A stretch of 64,000 nucleotides of DNA. It comes from Octopus vulgaris. Its lineage: Eukaryota. This document shows, one piece after another, positions 24,919 through 39,994 of this stretch (the first letter of the stretch is position 1; the number at the start of each line of letters is the position of its first letter). The position numbers and the translations under genes are program-made. Where the stretch lies: the NCBI GenBank assembly GCA_951406725.2, contig OX597820.1, forward strand, positions 24,800,001-24,864,000. The letters run 5' to 3'. The notes beneath the pieces are model-generated. The model ran no database searches and was not told the DNA's origin. It saw only the letters and a list, made by a program, of their open reading frames with translations.

Positions 24919-27897
24919 TTAGTTAGTTAGTTAGTTAGTTAATTTGGCTCAAAAGCAAATAGCAAGGCCATGTAGGGGGACATGGAGTTAAGTACAGGGT
25001 GGTGTTCATGTAAAGAGTTCAGGCCACTTGAGGTCCAGGGAGGCTTTGAACAAAGCAGTCGTCGGCATCTTCACCATCTCGTCTGGCAGCTTGTTCCACG
25101 GATCCGCAACCCGGACGGAGAAAGCTCCTCTCCTTCGATTGAGATGAAATCGTCGCAGGTAGAGCTTTTCGGAATGACCCCGCAGCCGACGCTCCGGAGC
25201 AGGAGTGAAGAACAGCTCTTTCGAGAGGTTACACTTCCCGCTTATGATGTTGTAGGCGAGAATGAGATCACCACGGCGGCGGCGTTTTTCAAGAGAATAA
25301 AGGTCGAGCGTCCTCAGCCTTTCTTCGTAGGACAAATTTTTGAGACCATGAACCATGCGGGTAGCCAGCCTCTGGACTCTTTCGAGATGCTGTATGTCTT
25401 TGAGGAGATAAGGAGAAGAGGCTTGAATCCCATACTCCAATATGGGTCTCACCAGCGTGACATAGAGTGGTAGGAATATGGCTGCTGTGAGCATTCCGAA
25501 TGACCGTCGAATCAAAAACAGAATTCCGCGCGCTTTGTTGGCAGCATGGACGCTTTGGGCCGAAGGCGAAAAGGAGGAATCCACCAAGATACCCAGGTCC
25601 TTTACCTGATCGGTCCTCTCCAGCAGCAGACAACCCGGCTCGAAATCAAGTTGAGTTGCAGGAGTAGAGCCGACAGGCAGATGACAGCACTTTGACACGT
25701 TCAGACACAGGTCCCAATCGTTAGACCACTTCCAAATTTGGTGGAGGCATCGACGAAGATCCTCTATACTACCGCGAGGAGCGACCAGTTTGATATCGTC
25801 GGCAAATAGAAGGGTGTGTTGCGTGAGGTCGTCGGGCAAGTCATTTATGAAGACTAAGAACAACAAGGGCACAAGCACTGAACCTTGAGGCATGCCACTG
25901 CTCGCACTGGAGACGTCGGACCGCGAACCATTAACTTGAACTTGGAAGGAGCGATCTGAGAGGAAGGCACCAACCCATCGTACAATATCCAGATGGAAAC
26001 TATATGCTTGAAGCTTGACAAGTAGTAGGCGGTGGTTTACCGAGTCAAAAGCTTTGGCAAAGTCCAATAAAACGATGTCAACAGCATCACTATCATCGAG
26101 GATGCGCGTCACCAATTCTTCCATTACTAGTAAGTTGGTCAAGCATGATCTCTTCGGCACGAAGCCGTGTTGGGAATCAGTGATCGAGGCTGTGTTTAGG
26201 AGGTGGAGCATCATACTTTTCTTAAGGATGGTTTCGAACATCTTGCTGATTATTGATGTAAGGGAAACCGGTCGGTAGTTAAGCGGGTCTTCGCGGCTCC
26301 CTTTCTTGAAAATTGGGCAGATTATCGCTCTTCTCCAGTCTGCAGGTATAACACCCGTCGCCAATGACATATTGAATAGTCGTGTTAAGGGCTCGCAGAT
26401 GACCGGAGCCAACGCTTTGATAACCCGTGGGTGTATGCCGTCAGGGCCGTGACCCTTGTTGACATCGAGGCCTTGAATAACACGTTTGACTTCGTCCCGC
26501 GTGATGACCAATCGAAGCATTGGAGGTACCGATCTATCAAATGGAGGGGTTCACGACCATCATCTTGTTTGAAAATAGTTGAAAAAGCCTCGGCAAATAA
26601 TTGACTCTGTTGATAAGGGTCCTCAATCGATATGCCTGTTGAGTCTACCAACGTTGCAATCTGGTTGTTCAAGCGGGAATTCCGCTGGACATGGGCAAAG
26701 AAGGTTTTTGGATTGCTACTGGCATTTGCCGCGATTTTGTATTCATAACTGAAGCGTTCTTTCTTTTCAATTTTCACGGCTCGGTCTCGTTGAGTTTTGT
26801 ACACCTCAAAAGCTGCAGTCGAATCCAGATTTTTGAATTCAGCCCAAGCAATATCTCTGAGTCGACGTTCTCGTTTAACCTTCTTCGTCACCCAGGGCTT
26901 GTGTTTCTTCCTCTTGGGAAGCCCAACGGGAACTGCCTGGTCAGTCAAACAGATTACATATGCTTTGAGGGATGACCATAGTTCGTCAACTGAGGACAAC
27001 GTCATCAGGGATCACCAGTCCAGAAGCGCGGAAGCCTCGGTTAGAATTTCAAGATTAATTGCAGAGAAGACTCTACGTGGCAGCGAAGTAATCGTGGGCG
27101 TAGAAAAAGTTGCGTGTATGACGAACTTCAGGACCGCATGATCACTCTTGGCAAGAGGGGCGCACACAGATACGTCTGACACTGATCTTGGATAGCGGGA
27201 GAATACCAGATCTAGCATAGATGGCTGCTGCCCAGACCGATGCCTTGTCGGATATTCAACATGTTGCGATAGAAAACAATCTTCAGCCACGTCAAGAAGG
27301 GCCTGGCCGAACCGGGAAGATGTTGTACAAATTGATGCGGGCCAATCGATCGTGGGAGCGTTGAAGTCGCCTAGTACCAAGCAGTCATGCGAAGCTGAAA
27401 CGAATCTTATCGCTTCGAGTAGATGAGCATCGTCCTGGGGGTCGGCAAGAGGCGGCCTGTAGACAGCCAACACGGGCAGGCAAAACTCAGATAGGCTCAG
27501 CTTGCAATAGACGGCATCGAATTTTGTTGTAGGTTGAGCATTTGTGGGTAGAATACCGCAGGACGGTTTGTGCTCAGACTTAACATACACAGCAACACCT
27601 CCACCTCGCCTTTTTCCTCTGTCACATCTGAAAAGGACGTAGCCCTGCAGGTGGATTTCTGAGTCCTTTACTGCTGGAGTCAGCCAAGTCTCGGTGATAG
27701 CTATCACATCAGGAGAGTCACGTATGGCCAGTGTAAATAGTTCACTGAACTTTGGGAATAAGGAGCACGAGTTGGTGTAGACGATGCTGAGCTGTGAAGT
27801 CTGAGGGGCGGGAGTTGGGGAACAAGCAGAATAAAGGGCATCAGAGATAGCATCGTTGACGGGGGTATCAATTTCACTTCGATTTGCCCTCACATCA
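24919..27897 (-). mobile_element. CR1-clade LINE, 5'-truncated, near-intact ORF2 (APE endonuclease + reverse transcriptase)
   Basis: APE motifs IAITETWL, VYRPP, GDFN and SDH; RT motifs NYRPVSLTS, DFAKAFDSV, PQGSVL and FADD; C-terminal LRGH...FSVRV...WNKLP; (TAAC)n tail at 24919-24941. Only one in-frame TGA (27012-27014) and one frameshift (~26546-26549). Confidence 0.95.
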
Positions 27898-28074
27898 TTA
27901 AATATCGCATAGTGTCATCATTAGATGACACTATGCGATATTTAAAAGAAATGATACATATATTAGATAAGGCACTGTGTATAAAAAGGTCCGAGTTCGG
28001 GAGCAAGGAAAATTAAATACGATCCTTTCGGGGTCGATAAAGCAACCACTCCAGCGCTAAGTTGGCTCCTTCTA

Positions 28075-28094
28075 CTACTACTACTACTACTTCT

Positions 28095-28126
<32 letters not shown>

Positions 28127-28228
28127 TTCTTCTTCTTCTTCTTCTTCTTCTTCTTCTTCTTCTTCTTCTTCTTCTTCTTCTTCTTCTTCTTCTTCTTCTT
28201 CTTCTTCTTCTTCTTCTTCTTCTTCTTG
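28075..28228. repeat. (CTA)n-(TTC)n trinucleotide microsatellite
   Basis: Seen directly. A similar pyrimidine-rich tract lies at 13950-14160. Confidence 0.95.
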
Positions 28229-28854
28229 TTTCTTTGTTTCGATCGTCCTTCCTTCCATTCTTTCTTTCTCTCTCTCTCTCATTCTCGCATACTCTTCGAA
28301 CATATCAGGAATTGACAACCGTCGAATGGGATGCGCTACGCCAATTTTCAAACACTGAAGACACTCTATATGCCCCGACAACACCTTTACGACTCGATCA
28401 AAAGTTGAAAACCCGAGTAAGAAAGTATATGTATGTGTTTAAGCATGCGTTAGCACGTGCGCATGTGCGTGTGTTTGTGTGTGTGTGTGTGTGTATAGGT
28501 GTGTGTTTTGTGCACTTGCGTGCGTACGTACATTAAGACTTTGATTTGGATCTGCATTGCTAAAAGTTTCAGATAGGCAAAAAGCATGTCTAATTATTCC
28601 AATGCATTGATACCGAATGGCAGGCACTCAGCAGTTTCTAAATGAAACTCATTGTCATTGGATAGCACTCAAATGCACACTGACACTCACATAAAGACGC
28701 ATACACAGACACACACACACACACGCACACACGCACACAAACACGCACAAACACAAACACATATATGTGTGTAGGTTTCGTGGAACAAACAAACGAATTA
28801 GAACTCTATTAGCAGGTATATATACATTTGCATAAATGACACATGTGTATATGT

Positions 28855-28897
<43 letters not shown>

Positions 28898-29025
28898 TGT
28901 ATACACATACAGACATATATGCAATTACTCGTATATATATATATATATAAATGTATATATTTATGTATTAATTGAAAATCATATCTCTCTCTCCCCCACT
29001 TTATATATAAATATATATATGCATG

Positions 29026-29059
<34 letters not shown>

Positions 29060-29072
29060 ATATATATATACA

Positions 29073-29126
<54 letters not shown>

Positions 29127-29127
29127 C

Positions 29128-29183
<56 letters not shown>

Positions 29184-29703
29184 GAACGTGCATTATAGTG
29201 TTTCGCCATAGAATATCTATATAAGTATTATAACATTTAATGCTCACATGCTTGCCGAGCAAGGCGTAACATGACAAACAAATCCGCCATTTTGAACAAC
29301 AAATGGAATTACACCGGCCGCTGAATGTAGCGGGAGATATTTCTTTTGTAATGCTTTGAAGCGTTAATATTTTTGTAACAATGGCGAATGGAGATAAAAT
29401 GTTTTCACATCATAATGAAAAATAGGAGGATGAAAGCATTCCATGTTTGTCTTCTTCCTCTTCGTTCATCTCCTTCTTCAATTTCTTCAATTTCTTCTTT
29501 TTCGTCTTTATTTTTATTTTATCTCTTTTTCTTTCTCCTCCTCCTTCGACTCGTCCGCATCACCCACCCCCGTTGCAACTTGCTTATGCAGCAGGCTGTT
29601 TCGTTTGTGAATATTTGCCTATTTGTATGTCTATCCATATCGATACTAACTTATACACATACTTGCATATATACATACATACACGCACTCATATATTTAT
29701 TTA

Positions 29704-29746
<43 letters not shown>

Positions 29747-29857
29747 AACATACATACAAATATATATACACTTTCGTGCATATATATATATATATATATC
29801 TTCCTCACGTTGTTGTGTTTGTTTGTGCTTTCTTGTTTGGATTAACTATATATATAC

Positions 29858-29918
<61 letters not shown>

Positions 29919-29922
29919 CAAA

Positions 29923-30002
<80 letters not shown>

Positions 30003-30026
30003 TAGATTGATAGATAGATAGATATG

Positions 30027-30057
<31 letters not shown>

Positions 30058-30998
30058 ATATATTTATGTGTATATATACATATATATATGCGTGTATATA
30101 CATATATAAACATATTTGTATACATAAATATATATGATTTTGATATTTATATATATTATGTGTGTGAATATATATAATTCGCTATTTTTTCTTCATTAAT
30201 CTATATTTGGGCGAATATGCGCTTGCGTGTGAACCCGAGGGAGGGCATGAGTTTGCGTACATTGTAATATACGTAACGTCACTCGGCATTATGTTGTTTA
30301 TTTGGTGAGACCAAATATTAATGTATATATGTTTGTATACGTACGCATATATGTACGTATGTATATATGTATGTATGTTTGTATGTATGTATATATGTAT
30401 GTGTATGTATGTGTGCGTGATGTGTGTGAGTGTATTTGTGCGTATGTGAAAGAAAGTGTCCCCTGTGCACAGTTTCTTGTAAGAAAAGTATCCATGTCGA
30501 TTTCTGAAGTTATGTGCAGTATGTGTTGGGAATATATGCGTGTGTGTGTGTGCGCGCGCGCGATTATGTGTGCATTTGTGTGCGTAGAAAGAACTTTTAC
30601 TATGCGTATTTGCGTATGTTAACGAATTCTTTTATTTTCATAGATATTCGGCGTGTATATGAAGGTTTGAATGTCTATGATTAGGAGGATACATATATAA
30701 ATATCTGCGTATTTTGTGTGTAGATATGTCTGTATTTGTGTATATATATATACATCTGTGTATTTATATACACACATATATGTGTGTGCATGAATGTATG
30801 AAAGTACGAGTGTGCGTTTGTATGTATAGACATATTTCGGCATATGTATATATATATATATATATTCTTCTCTAGCATTGGATATGTTCATTGATTTTTA
30901 GAATATCATTTCATTGATTGTAACTTTATAGGCGCGTGTGTATGCATGTATGTGCATTCACATATATATGTATGCATGTATATATATATATATATATG

Positions 30999-31059
<61 letters not shown>

Positions 31060-31094
31060 ATATATATATATATGTGTGTGTATATGTAGATATG

Positions 31095-31137
<43 letters not shown>

Positions 31138-31148
31138 ATATATCTATC

Positions 31149-31182
<34 letters not shown>

Positions 31183-32399
31183 AATGTATATATATATATA
31201 TATATTTATACACACACACAAACGTATAGATAGATGAATTTCTCCATATCTGTGCATGTACATATACAGGCATACACATATGTTGATAGATGAGGACATA
31301 AACTAGAAAGAGAGACAGATAATTTTATACGAGTGTATGTGTGTGGATGTAGACGCATGCGCACGATACAGACTGACACTGAGACAACAGAAATCCGAGA
31401 AGCGATGCACTATTTCAGCGTTTCTTATTGAAAAACGAAAGCATATATCATATCATATGTATTTTATTAAGCATACTATATATCCGTATGCGCGCGTATG
31501 TGTGTGTGAGTGAGTGAGTGTACGAGCATACACTTATATACGATGTTCACTGTATAGATATGTCTGTAGAAACATGCCAGTGTGTAGCAGTGTCAATGTC
31601 AATTATTTCAATTTTGGCGTAGGAAGATAATGAATGTGCATAGGAGTATCTGAAGGCATGCCAGTGTGTGTATGTTTTGTGAGCACTTGTAGGTGTATGG
31701 GAGTTGTATGTAGCATGTTACTCTGTGGATTGTATGAATTAAGTCGTACCAATATCTGTTTGCAGTAGCCGTTTAGTTTGAGCTTCTCTATATGTTTATA
31801 TGTTCGTGTATGCGATGCGTTGAACGCACGAGAGAGCAATTAACGCAATGTAACGGGTGGTTAGGGAGGAAGCTAAAGTTATTAAGAGAAGACTCTATAA
31901 TTATTATTTCTGGTTGAGTAGTCTGTGTTTAGCTGGAACATTAATTGTTGTTCATGATGCAATACGCGAGAGAGAGAAGATCCTTGGTGTACAAGTTTGC
32001 AGTCAGCGTGTGGCACAAAGGGCAATTGAAATGCTGGGTTACGGGTCATGATGATTTGGTGTTGCCTCCTTAGCCACTGCTTCTATCCCAATAATATTCC
32101 ACTCCGTTGCCATCACTTCTTCAATTCTATAAGTTACTCTTTCTTTCCCATTGAGTTCATTCTTGCTCAATCTTAACGTCAACTTATGTGCTTCACTATC
32201 CGCTCCACGTGTTTCCAAAACTCTGCGTTCAACCATGATGTTTAGGAAATCTGTTTTCTTTTTTTCTCCCCTAATTCTGCAGCTTTTTATTAAATTTCTT
32301 TCCACACATCAAAGCTCATAGGTGCCAAAGCTCGTAAGATCCAACACCTACTATTCCACAGCAATTCTCCTTATTGCCTATCACAGACTCTACTTATTC

Positions 32400-33010
32400 G
32401 ATCTACCACTTTTCGATTCCAGCTGTTAGCTCGATGCCAAGTGTAACTGATTCAGACTCACTGAGTTCAGCCATTCTGAGAGCTTCACTAACCTCGTCTT
32501 GCGTCCATCTCGTAAATTTCCTCCACCCATAATCCACGTAACCAACACTTCAAGTCCACCGCCATGTTCTATTTCATCACCTTGTCTCTCATTCCTGAAA
32601 CATCTGCAGCCTCATTGACTAAACACCATGTTCCTCTGACCATCTACTCATTCCCAAGTACAGCAACCAGCTCCTCGCCTCCTTGTTAGCAGTTTTGGTA
32701 CCCGAGAGCATGTTTGGCGTCACAAATGTAACACCAAACACGCCCTCACCTCTACCCTTCATCGACTCCTTCCAGCTCATTTCCCCCATAGATATCAAGT
32801 CCTTCTATAATACTATCCCACCAAACCAATTGCCTTTTAGCGTTCAGATCCTTCCTTGATCGTTGAACCTAGCTCGACTGTAGTGAACTAATTCCCATCT
32901 TCAAATTCATATTGACATTCTTTTGCGACTTCAGTCTGCGGATCTCGATGACGGGTCCCAAATACACCAAACTCTTTGCTGGTCACATTGTGGTTAAAAT
33001 TTCACTCGGT
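32400..33010 (+). pseudogene. Heavily decayed Penelope-like reverse transcriptase
   Basis: DIKSFYNTIP at 32791 matches PLE RT motif DxxSLYTNIP. MTGPKYTKLFAGHI at ~32948 matches (MG)xxxGPxYAxLFxG. YSFPK upstream resembles YxLPK. Confidence 0.6.
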
Positions 33011-35797
33011 TCACTTGACTTGTTATACGGTCTTACATTGAAGGTCTTAACGTCTCCGCTCCTCTTAAGAAAAGCTCAAATCTATTAACGATATGTGTCG
33101 TAAATATTTCTATATTGCACCCGCTTTAAGATTGTGAACTGAAGTTTCATTGAGCAGTTTTCTGTGTGCTTCTATCCATGTAAGTTTGTATGTATTTTAT
33201 AGAATTTATAGTTTATAGCTGAGATAAATGTATTGGCATATATCTTATATCACAGGACTCGGCTTTAAATACAGGTCTAATTCTTTGATATTCTTTTCTA
33301 GATTTGTTCATCACACTTTTAAGCTGGTACTGAGAGCAGAAATTTGATTTCTAAGACTTAAGCAATGACTGGACCAAAGATAGATATAAACTGAAAGAGG
33401 ATCGGTGACCGATGTTATATGGTCATGGTTATCTAGATGAATACAGCTTAGAGTTATGTCTCTAAATCTAATAGGAGAGACAGAATCTGAACTGAATGCA
33501 AAATCTTTCGGGCATATAAAAACAGGTCAATAACAGACTTCTCAAAGAGTTGTAATAAAACTTTCAGTGACCAGGTTGCAGATATGCGACAAAAACTTTA
33601 ACCTCACGTGAAATGTATTTTAATTTCAAAGCAAATTTAACAGCTTCGTGTGTTATTAGATAGTGTTTTCACCATACTTACCTCCATTTCAACACAGTCT
33701 TAGATCAAGTCACTTAGTAGACAAGTCCACCTCCGAAATCTTCATTTTTTTTTTTATCCCTTTCATGTTCACCTAAGTACTAATATTCTAATTCCCGTAT
33801 ATCATTGTCAATCCTTTCAATCTGCGAGTAAACTTTAGCAAACGTCTTTTTTGTTTGACTATACTCTTGGTAGACGCAAAAGCGCGCGGCCAAGTGATTT
33901 TTGCTTACGCCTGAAACTATATCTGTTTCTGTCAATTAGCCGCTCCCTTTTACATCTTCCAAGGCTTTAGCTAAACAAAATCACATCCGCTAAAGCGCAT
34001 TCGCCGGTTCAATGGTTTAAAAGTAACTTAGAATTCTTAGTTTCAATTAATTTTCTTATTCCTAAGAGCAAACTTGCCTAATCCAATAACGTTTTTAATA
34101 TCCATTCTGAATTCATACACGGGTTTTTCTGGAGTTTTTTCATTTTTTTTTTTCAATAGGGGTCCTCAGCCTTAGCTTAGCATGTTTCCTGTAGGTAATT
34201 TTCAATCCTTGTCTTAAAATTAGTTTATAGTTTAGATGTCACTCTTCAAAGACAGATTTAGCTCAAAATCTCAATACTCATATATCCCAACGGCATACGA
34301 AGTTATCTTTTATCCTTCACCTATTTCAGTCATTAGACTGCGGCCATGCTGGGGCACCGTCTTGAAGAATTTTTAGTCGAACAAATCGATCATAGTACTT
34401 AAAATTTATTTGCTAAGCCTGGACCTTATTCTATGGGTCCCTTTAACTGAACTGCTAAGGTACGGGAATGTAAACACACCAACACCGGTTGTCAAGCAGT
34501 GGTGGGGGACAAACACAGACAGAAACACACACACACACACACATACACACACACACACATACACACACACACACACATACACATACACAAATACACTTAT
34601 ATATACGCCAGGCTTCTTTCAGTTTCCGCCTCCAAAATCCACCCACAGGGCTTTGGTCGGCCCGAGGCTATAGTAGAAGACACTTGTCCAAGGTGCCACG
34701 CAGTGGGACTGAACCCGGAACCATGTGGTTGGTAAGCAAGCTACTTACCACACAGCCACTCCCAAGGTGCCACGAAGCAAGCTTCATACCACATAGCCAC
34801 GCCTGCGCCTATATCAAAGTTTATCAAAGTTTTCAAACAATAGACAGATATACGTTAGTAATTTTATTGCTCTGCTGTTCCCTTTTAATTTTCGTTCTAT
34901 TTCATGGATGCTAGCAATATAAAATGCATTTTTTTGTTTGGGAGCTGTGCATTAGAGATGAGGATGTTACTTCTGAAGCTTGTCTTGCATGTTATGCTTT
35001 AGAGCGTGATCGCATTAAACTACGCATTTGTCATAAATCGGATGATGGCACGTATTATTTTCATTGCAGTTTCTATACTTGTATTTTCATAGCATCAGTT
35101 TTGTTTTAATTGATCCTTATGCTTTGTTTATGTCTCTCGTTATTGTTTTCTGTAGTCGATCGAAGTTACAGTTATTTTTTTCTATCGTATTCAATATTGT
35201 TTTATGCATAATAAAGACAAGCAAGTCGTAAAATAAGCATTACTTGTACTTCCTGAAGACTTAAATTGAATCACTGCTTACTTGGTATCTTGTTTCTGCT
35301 CTTCGAATCGGTGATGTTATTGTATATTTGCCTTACATTAAACTATTTCACTCTCCATGTTTTAATTCGGTAGACTTAGAAGAGTAGAGGATAAAATATC
35401 TTTTTGTCATTTAGTTATGCTTGTTTTCGTTCTGCGTTCGAATATTACTTAGCATTTTATCGATCCAGGGCAGATAAAGTGAGTACGACTCAAATGTTGA
35501 AGCGATCAAATTAGATATAGTCTTTCGCCAATATATGTGATTCTATTAAGAGCCATCATCATCATCATCAAGGCGACGTCAACACACCGAGCGAAATGCT
35601 TAGCCATATTTTATCCATCTTTACGTTCTGAACTCAAAATTCCCGAGATCGACTTTGCCTATTCATCCTTTCGGGGTCGATTAAAAAAGTACCAGTTACG
35701 CACTGGGGTCGATATAATCGACTTAATCCGTTTGTCTGTCCTTGTTTGTCCCTTCTGTGTGTAGCCCCTTGTGGGCAGTAAAGAAATAAGGAAGGAC

Positions 35798-35840
<43 letters not shown>

Positions 35841-36610
35841 TAGTGAGAGAGCTGTGCATGCCATCAAAGTGATACTCAGGTAAAATATACGAAGCCCAGT
35901 ACGAAGTTATTCCTCTTCGATTACTATCGCAAACAACAGTAGCTTCCTTCAAATGAATACACGTCGTTGATTGGTTGAAATTATCCAAATACGTGAACTT
36001 TTAACAGGATGTAACTTCTAAAATATGAAATTTTGTCCAAAACGTTCAAAGTAAACCGTGTTCTACGTGAGAATTTCTACCTGAATTCGAAGTTTCAAAC
36101 TGTTTAGTTAAAAAAAAATTAATAAAAAAATCTGTGATTGAGATGGAATACATCCGTCCAGTATAGCCATCATGACTACCCATCACAACCATATGTGCGC
36201 GACATGGGGATCTAATGTCAAGATTAACAGCGCATGACATTGCAGGTGGGACCCAGTTAGAATTTTCTTTAGATCGAGTAGCCCATCCCGCTCAAAAGGT
36301 CCCTGAATAAGGATTGTTTAAAGATGTTGAACGAAACACCCATGTTTCTAGAGGTGAATTATCCAAATCCCAAAGAATTCCTCTCAACACATGGCTATGA
36401 TGCTCCCCCATCAGAGATGCATATAACGTTAGCCACTAAGGGACATGCTCAACTGGTTAAGGTCAAACAACTGACCAGCAATCTGTAGTATTAAGTAGAA
36501 TACCTGCTGTAGCACATCTTTTATACCAAGACAAAACAATGTACATGATAACACTGGTGGTGGTGGTGGTGGTGGTGGTGTTGGTGGTGGTGGTAGTGGT
36601 GGTGGTGCTG

Positions 36611-36668
<58 letters not shown>

Positions 36669-37296
36669 AATGTTCCCAGTACTGTCACTGTTAATGGTTT
36701 TGAATCACGTTGTAATAATTGCTGTTGAAATTGACGAAGATGATGACGATGATAATGAAATGATATTGATGATGAGGAGTAGGAGGTGCAAGAGGATGAG
36801 GAAGAGGAAGAGGAAGATTTCGGCGATGTTTATTATGATGCAGATAACGAAATTACTGTATAATAGAAAACGATCTTAATAAATTGCTTTTAAGTAAAAC
36901 ATTTGAATTATTTTATTTGTATCTCATTCATTCATTTTTCTTTTTTTTTTTTGTTTTTGTTTTTATTTAATCATTATTCTGTTTCTTTATTTATGTGTTT
37001 GCTTTTCGGTCTGATTATCTGCGTTTTGGGGTTTATTTTTGCATTTGTTTGGTTCATGTCACGTTTGTTCTATTTTTATTTTGCTTCTATTTTTGCTTCT
37101 ATTTTTATTGAACTTCCCTTTGATTGATGATGTTTTATCTCTGATGTTTATATATTATTTAGTGTTTATTTACTATGAGTGAAACAATAAACAGCGAGCT
37201 CTTGGCAATTTGGGAGCAATCCATAGTTGAAGCCATTTTCTTTCACTTTATACTACTAATAATCTGGATAAAAACAGCATACCCATTCACCTGTGG

Positions 37297-38140
37297 AGGC
37301 GCGTGGCTTAGTGGTTAGGGTGTCAGGATCATGATCGTAAGGTTGTGGTTTCGATTCCTGGACCGGGCGACGCGTTGTGCTTTTGAGCAAACCACTTCAT
37401 TTCACGTTGCTCCAGTCCACTTAGCTGGCAAAATGAGTAACGCTGTGATGGATTGGCGTCCCATGCAGCTGAGGAACACATACGCCATTGAAACCGGGAA
37501 ACCGGGCTCATGAGCCTGGCTAGGCTTTAAAAGGGCGCATTTATTTTTTTGTTTTATCCATTCACTTAGGCTCTAGCATGGCCAGACCTGCAATCTTAAG
37601 CTAAAGTGAAAAGTAAAGTGACATAATAACACAGAAGACCTTTATATAGTTTTTATTTGAGCGGCGAGGTAACAGAATTGTTAGTGCGTCGTACAAAATA
37701 CTCAGCGTTATTTCTCCCGGTTCTTGGCGTTTTCAGTGAATTCCAATCCCGTCGTAATCAACTTTGCCTTTCATCCCTATCCCGGATCGATAAAATAATG
37801 TTCTTAGATCGATGGCATCAACTAACTCCTCCTCCCCTTAAGATTGTTACTTTTGCATCTAAATCAGAAATCATCAAATAGTTATAATTAAAGAGATGCA
37901 TGGAGGCGCGTGACATAGTGGTTAGTGTGTCAGCACCATGATCGTAAGATTATGGTTTCGATTCCTGGACCGGATGACGCGTTGTGTTCTTGAGCAAAAC
38001 ACTTCATTTCACGTTGGTCCATTCCACTCAGCTGGCAAAAATGATGGACTGGCGTCCCGTCCAACTGGGGAACATATACGCCATAGAAACCGGGAAACCG
38101 GGCCCATGAGCCTGGTTAGGCTTTGAAAGGGCGCATTTAT
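37297..38140 (+). mobile_element. Two near-identical CORE-like SINEs (37297-37540, 37902-38140) separated by a decayed Meta-like SINE
   Basis: Both read ggaggcgcgtg...gtttcgattcctggaccgg...ttgagcaaa...gctttaaaagggcgcatttatt. Confidence 0.8.
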
Positions 38141-39596
38141 TATTTTTTTTAAAGAGATGCATAAGCAGAAACGGTAGAATGTCGGTCCATATGATTCTCG
38201 GTAGTTGTTCTGGCCCTTTATGCTCTAAGTTCAAATCCCACCGAATTTATCTTTGCCTTTCATCCTTTTGGGATCGACAAATAAAGCACATTTCAAGTAC
38301 TGGAGTTGATTTCCTACACCAACACGCCTCTTCCAAATTTTCTGGTCTTAATCCTATGTTAGAAATAGTTAAAAATAGTAGACTGGCACAATCATGAGAG
38401 CGCCGAACAAACTATTTCGGTATTTGTTCTGACTTTTTCATCCCGGGTTCGTATCACGTCGTAGTCAATTTTCCTTTCATTGTTTTTACAATTGACAAGT
38501 ACCCTTATCTCCTTAGAGGTCGTTGGGGCGCTGCAGCCATGCAACGTATCAAGGACGAAAAAGCCTGGCGTAGCCCAACCTTCTCCAGGCTAAATTTATT
38601 TCTACAGCTGAGTGGACTGGAGCAGCGTGAAAAGAAGTGTTCTGCCCAAGCTCACAACGAATCACCCGGTCCAGGAATCGAAACCACAATCTGACGATCA
38701 TAAGTCCAACACCCTAACCACTAAGCCAGGCAAATTATGTTGTAATCAGTTTTGCCTTTCATTCTTTCGGTTCGATAAAATTAAGTATCTCTCAAGCACT
38801 AGAGCCAAAGCGATCATCTAATGCCGTTCTCCTCAAAACTCTTGTCTTTATGCCTAAATCAGAAATTACTATATATTTGTGTTAAGCAGGTAGAGCAAGA
38901 GAGATTCTCACATAAGAGAAACGTTCAACTGCAACTGAAGCTATATTTACTCCGTTTCATTTACTATGAGACTAAAATACGAAAACTCTTTGAAAAGCCA
39001 CGGTTATTCACTCTTCCTATTTGTGTACCTTTCCTCTAGTAGATTATGTATCTGTGTTAGACCTTCAACCAAATTTTGTGAATTGTACAAAAGAAGTGAA
39101 TAAAACGTAGACAAATTTGTGTAAAGAACAGTTTCGTATTACGATTCCCAAATTTAATCATTTTGACCACATAAATTAGTCCATTAATGTACTTGGGGAA
39201 AAAAGCGTATGAACGGAAACAAAACATGTGAAATTCAACGCAGTTCTATGTTCTCTCATCTGCAAATCACCAAAAAATAAGATGCAATGATATTGATGCG
39301 GTAGGGACGAGCGGAGATAGGCAAATTTTTACCTGCGAGCCAAAATTTGGTTTCGATATCTAGTTGAAACCAACTTATGTTACTGTATAGAATACTGATT
39401 TCAAATTTTGGTACAAGACCAGCAGTTGCGGTGGAGGTGTAAATTGATTACATCCAACCCAGTACTGAACTGGTACTTATTTTATCGATCCCGAAAGGCA
39501 AAGTCAGCTTCGACGGAATTTGAACGCCGCTAAGTATTTCGCCCGGTGTGCTAACGATTCTGACAGTCTGCTTCCTTTTTACTGCGCATAATATTC

Positions 39597-39994
39597 TTTT
39601 CTAGTCTAGGCACAAAGCCCAGAATTTTGGGGGCGTGGGGAGCGAGTAGATTAGATCGACCCCAGTATGCAACTGGTGTTTAATTTATCGACCCCGAAAG
39701 GATGAAAGGCAAAGTCAACCTCAGCAGAATTTGCACTCAGAACGTAAAGACAGACGAAATACCTATTTCTTTACTTCCACAAGGGGCTAAACACAGAGGG
39801 GAAAAACATGGTCAGACAAACGGATTAAGTCGATTACATCGACCCCAGTGCGTAACTGGTACTTATCTACTCGACCCCGAAAGGATGAAAGGCAAAGTCG
39901 ACCCCGGCGGAATTTGAACTCAGACCGTAAAGACAGACGAAATACTGCTACGTATTTCGCCCGGCGTGCCAACATTTCTGCCAGCTCGCCACCA
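39597..39994 (-). mobile_element. Composite Meta-like SINE insertion with a probable 19-bp target-site duplication
   Basis: Flanks ttttactgcgcataatatt (~39577) and ttttactgcgtataatatt (~39995). Confidence 0.65.

Noticed and set aside
24982-27141. Plus-strand ORFs overlapping the CR1 element
   Set aside because: They are antisense shadows of the GC-rich LINE ORF2.
36300-36350. CTGAATA...GAAACA string in a dispersed repeat
   Set aside because: G8 is missing, helix I is absent, and GAAACA pairs better in a local hairpin.
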